A DNA stretch of 21,698 bases from Candidatus Saccharimonadota bacterium (GTDB taxonomy: Bacteria; Bacteroidota; Bacteroidia; Flavobacteriales; Blattabacteriaceae). The notes below the pieces were generated by a model. The model made no database searches. It was given only the letters and a program-made list of their open reading frames with translations, and had not been told where the DNA came from. Positions within the stretch are counted from its first letter, which is position 1, and every line of letters starts with the position of its first letter. Location of the stretch: assembly GCA_029851245.1 (NCBI GenBank), contig CP099826.1, positions 151,274 through 172,971 on the forward strand, read 5' to 3'. Below, piece by piece: positions 18,265 to 21,698 of this stretch. Position numbers and translations under genes: made by a program.

Positions 18265-21200
18265 TTTTATTATTTTTATTTTTATAATAAATATTAATTT
18301 TTTTATTTTTATATATTCCTGTACCAGCAGGTATTTTTTTACCTATTATTACATTTTCTTTTAAACCTTTTAAATTATCAATCTTTTCACTTAACGCAGA
18401 TTCACTAAATACTTTAGTAGTTTCTTGAAATGAAGCAGAAGAAATAAATGATGAATTATTTAAGGCAGCTTTAGATATTCCTTGTAAAGTAGGTTTTGCA
18501 ATTGCAAATATTACTTTTCTAGTAATTATTAATTTTTTATTTAATAATTTTAAATATTCATTTTCAATATATATTTTATATTTATCAATAATTTTACCAT
18601 TATAAAATTTTTTGTTATTTTTACAATCTACAATTACTACTTTATTTTTTAATTTATTATTAATTTTAAAAAAATAATTAATATCAACAATTTCACCATC
18701 AATAAATTTAGTATCTCCACAATTAATAATTTTTACTTTTTTTAACATTTGATTAACAATAATTTCAAAATGTTTATTATTAATTTTAACCCCTTGAGAA
18801 ATGTATATATTTTGAATTTTTTTAATAAAAATTTTATAAAATTTTACTAATCCTTTAATATATAAAATTTTCTTTAAAGGTATATAACCTTCAGAAATTT
18901 TTCTACCATATTTAATATATTCATTATTAAATACTAATATTTGTGAATTAATATTAATTAAATAATTAAATTTAATATTTTGTTTGTAATTATTAATTGA
19001 AATTTCAATTTTATTATTTTTAATTTTTCCATATTTTACTATACCATCAATATCAGAAATTACCGCATAAGTATTATCATTATAATTTCTAGCTTCAAAT
19101 AAATTAGAAATTTTTGCAATTCCACCAGTAATATCTTGAGTTTTAGTATTTAATATAGGAATTTTAAATAATATTTTACCTTTTTTAATTTTTTGATTAT
19201 TATTAACATTTAAATATGCACCAATAGGTAAAATATATTTTTTTAAAATTTTATTTTTATTATTAATAATAAAAATATTAGGAGTTAATTGTTTATTGTA
19301 TATAATAATTTTTTCATTATTATTATTAAAAATATTATTATTATATATTTTATAAGTAATATTATGAATTATATTTTTAAATTTAATAATACCATTATAT
19401 TCAGAAAAGAATAAAGTATAATAAGGATTACATCTATATATTATATCACCTTTTTTAATAATTTTATTTTTATAAAAATCTATAATACTTCCATATGGAA
19501 TATTATCATAATATAATAGGTTATTATTTTTATAAATTTTAAATTTAGTATTTCTAGAAATTACTATATATTTATAACTATTATTATTTTTATCTTTAAT
19601 TTTTATATAATTTAAATTATATAGTTTAATATTACCATTATAATTAGATAATAAATATGAATCATTATAATATTTATAATTATTAGCAATACCACCTATA
19701 TGAAAAGTTCTTAAAGTTAATTGAGTACCAGGTTCTCCAATAGATTGAGCGGCTATTATACCTACAGTATCTCCTATATTTACTATTTTATTATTTGATA
19801 AATTACTACCATAACATTTTGCACATATACCATTTTTAGAATCACAAGTTAATGGTGAACGAACTATAATATATTTTATTTTATTTTTATATTTTATAAT
19901 TTTATTAATAATTTCATAATTTATTAATTTATCACGTTTAATAATAATTTTATTTTTAATCACTACATTATATAATATAAATTTTCCAAATAATTCATTA
20001 TTAGATAAATAATATTTTTTAATTTTTATTCCTTTAATAGTTTTACAATCATATTCAGTAATAATAATATTTTGTGCAGAATCTATTAATCTTCTAGTTA
20101 AATATCCAGAATCTGCAGTTTTTAATGCTGTATCAGTTAATCCTTTTCTAGAACCATGAGTAGAGATAAAATATTCTAATGATGTTAATCCTTCTAAATA
20201 ATTTGAAATTATTGGTATATCGTTATCAATATTATCATCAAAATTAGTCATTTTATCTATATATCCTCTAATACCTGATAATTGTCTTATTTGAATTTTA
20301 GTACTTCTTGCCCCTGATTTTAATATATAATATATAGAATTTAATTTTTTATTTGTTTTTTTAATATTATTAAAAGTAATATTTGAAATATTATTAATAG
20401 TATTATTCCAAATTTCTGATATTTTATAATTTTTATTATTATAATTAATTAATCCCATATTATAATATTTGTTAATTTTATTAATTTTTTTAATAGTTTT
20501 ATATAATATTATTTTTTTATTATTAGGAGTAATAATATTTTTAATATTAAAAGTATATCCTGCTTTAAATGCATAATAAAAACCTAAATTTTTTAAATTA
20601 TCTAAGAATTGTGTAGTTATTACTACATTAGTGTAATGATAAATTAATTTAATTATTTCTTTTATATTATTATTAGAAATTATTGTATTAATAAATTTAA
20701 ATTTATTTTTAATTTTTTTAGGTAAAATGTTATTAAATATTACTCTTCCAACTGTAGTATTAATAATTTTATTTTTATATTTTAATTTTATATTATCATG
20801 TATTTTAATAATTTTTAAATTATATGCTATTATAACTTCTTTAAAAGTAGAGAATATTTTAATTTTTTTTTTATTTTTATTTTTTATATATATAGTTATA
20901 TAATATAATCCTAAAATAATATCTTGTGTCGGGTAAATTATTGGATTACCATTAGAAATATTTAAAATATTTTGTGTAGATAATAATAATAATTGTGTTT
21001 CTAAAATAGATTTTTTAGATAAAGGTAAATGTACAGCCATTTGATCACCATCAAAATCTGCATTAAATGCAGAACATACTAATGGATGTAATTTAATAGC
21101 TTTACCATTAATTAATTTTGGAAAAAATGCTTGTATATTTAATTTATGTAATGTTGGTGCTCTATTTAATAATATTGGATGTTGTTTAATTATTAATTTT

Positions 21201-21698
21201 AATATTTTCCAAATTATTTTTTTTTTATTAATTATTAATTGTTTAGCAGATTCTATTGTATCAACTATTCCTAAATTTACTAATTTATTAATTAAAAATG
21301 GTTTATATATTTCAACAGCTATATTTTTAGGTAATCCACATTCATATAATTTTAAATTTGGTTCTACTACTATTACTGATCTACCAGAATAATCTACTCT
21401 TTTCCCTAATAAATTTAATCTTAATATACCTAGTTTACTTTTTAATATATCTGATAAAGATTTTAATTTTCTATTTTCTGATTTTATAGCAAATATTTTT
21501 TTAGAATTATCAAATAATGAATCTACATTTTCTTGTAGCATACGTTTTTCATTTTTTAATATAATTTTAGGTGCATTAATTTGTAATAATTTTTTTAATC
21601 TATTATTACTAATAATAATTTTTCTATAAAAATCATTTAAATCAGAAGTAGCATATTTACCACCTTCTAAAGGTACTAAAGGTCTTAAATCTGGTGGT
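18251..21698 (-). CDS. rpoC: DNA-directed RNA polymerase subunit beta' (5' part lies beyond the right window edge)
   Basis: The frame stays open upstream of the track's Met (21541) to the window end. It reads PPDLRPLVPLEGGKYATSDLNDFYRKIIISNNRLKKLLQINAPKIILKNEKRMLQENVD, matching E. coli beta' at about residues 245-305. NADFDGDQMAVH (catalytic Mg site), LLGKRVDYSGRSVIVV and the trigger-loop/bridge-helix blocks are all present. Stop is at 18251-18253. Confidence 0.98.
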   Translation of the reverse strand, partial: PPDLRPLVPLEGGKYATSDLNDFYRKIIISNNRLKKLLQINAPKIILKNEKRMLQENVDSLFDNSKKIFAIKSENRKLKSLSDILKSKLGILRLNLLGKRVDYSGRSVIVVEPNLKLYECGLPKNIAVEIYKPFLINKLVNLGIVDTIESAKQLIINKKKIIWKILKLIIKQHPILLNRAPTLHKLNIQAFFPKLINGKAIKLHPLVCSAFNADFDGDQMAVHLPLSKKSILETQLLLLSTQNILNISNGNPIIYPTQDIILGLYYITIYIKNKNKKKIKIFSTFKEVIIAYNLKIIKIHDNIKLKYKNKIINTTVGRVIFNNILPKKIKNKFKFINTIISNNNIKEIIKLIYHYTNVVITTQFLDNLKNLGFYYAFKAGYTFNIKNIITPNNKKIILYKTIKKINKINKYYNMGLINYNNKNYKISEIWNNTINNISNITFNNIKKTNKKLNSIYYILKSGARSTKIQIRQLSGIRGYIDKMTNFDDNIDNDIPIISNYLEGLTSLEYFISTHGSRKGLTDTALKTADSGYLTRRLIDSAQNIIITEYDCKTIKGIKIKKYYLSNNELFGKFILYNVVIKNKIIIKRDKLINYEIINKIIKYKNKIKYIIVRSPLTCDSKNGICAKCYGSNLSNNKIVNIGDTVGIIAAQSIGEPGTQLTLRTFHIGGIANNYKYYNDSYLLSNYNGNIKLYNLNYIKIKDKNNNSYKYIVISRNTKFKIYKNNNLLYYDNIPYGSIIDFYKNKIIKKGDIIYRCNPYYTLFFSEYNGIIKFKNIIHNITYKIYNNNIFNNNNEKIIIYNKQLTPNIFIINNKNKILKKYILPIGAYLNVNNNQKIKKGKILFKIPILNTKTQDITGGIAKISNLFEARNYNDNTYAVISDIDGIVKYGKIKNNKIEISINNYKQNIKFNYLININSQILVFNNEYIKYGRKISEGYIPLKKILYIKGLVKFYKIFIKKIQNIYISQGVKINNKHFEIIVNQMLKKVKIINCGDTKFIDGEIVDINYFFKINNKLKNKVVIVDCKNNKKFYNGKIIDKYKIYIENEYLKLLNKKLIITRKVIFAIAKPTLQGISKAALNNSSFISSASFQETTKVFSESALSEKIDNLKGLKENVIIGKKIPAGTGIYKNKKINIYYKNKNNKNENK

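Noticed and set aside
1-21698. UGA-to-Trp recoding (genetic code 4), as seen in some tiny AT-rich symbiont genomes
   Set aside because: All conserved genes read full-length with the standard code. Conserved Trp positions that I checked use TGG, for example the WAPWC of trxA. No gene needs in-frame TGA read-through.
1-21698. CRISPR arrays, transposons or IS elements, prophage, toxin-antitoxin or defence islands
   Set aside because: There are no spaced direct repeats, terminal inverted repeats, or transposase, integrase or nuclease-NTPase-like ORFs. Every large ORF except two orphans is a housekeeping gene, and no spacer is long enough to hide such an element.

Overview
This window is extremely AT-rich and almost entirely coding. 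By eye G+C is well under 20%, but I did not compute it. It looks like part of a highly reduced insect-endosymbiont genome. The DnaK sequence is collinear, motif for motif, with Flavobacteriia DnaK. There are no Shine-Dalgarno-like purine tracts upstream of starts, which fits Bacteroidota. I therefore infer a Flavobacteriales endosymbiont, but I cannot name the organism without a database search.

Gene order:
- minus strand: rpsI (first 14 codons only), rplM
- plus: dnaK
- minus: tRNA-Arg(ACG)
- plus: a PolI-derived 5'-3' exonuclease-only gene
- minus: tgt, pheT, and a very eroded probable dnaN
- plus: tRNA-Asp(GUC) and a 255-aa lysine-rich orphan
- minus: trxA, rpsU
- plus: hisS, ychF, a dapA-like gene, a 106-aa orphan, aroB, gyrA, rplS, and rpmH (absent from the ORF track; found by hand)
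- minus: rplY, rsfS, and rpoC, which runs off the window edge

The standard code appears to apply. Conserved Trp is TGG, and no in-frame TGA is needed to read the genes.

I see no CRISPR array, transposase, integrase, phage, toxin-antitoxin or defence-like module, and no structured RNA island apart from the two tRNAs. I do not find evidence of a novel multi-gene system. The points most worth a second look are:
- the two orphan ORFs (8432-9199 and 12925-13245)
- the DapA-like protein, whose catalytic-triad positions look replaced while the Schiff-base lysine is kept
- PolI reduced to its exonuclease domain
- long in-frame poly(A) tracts
- tight gene packing, with several overlaps and convergent gene ends that leave no room for terminators
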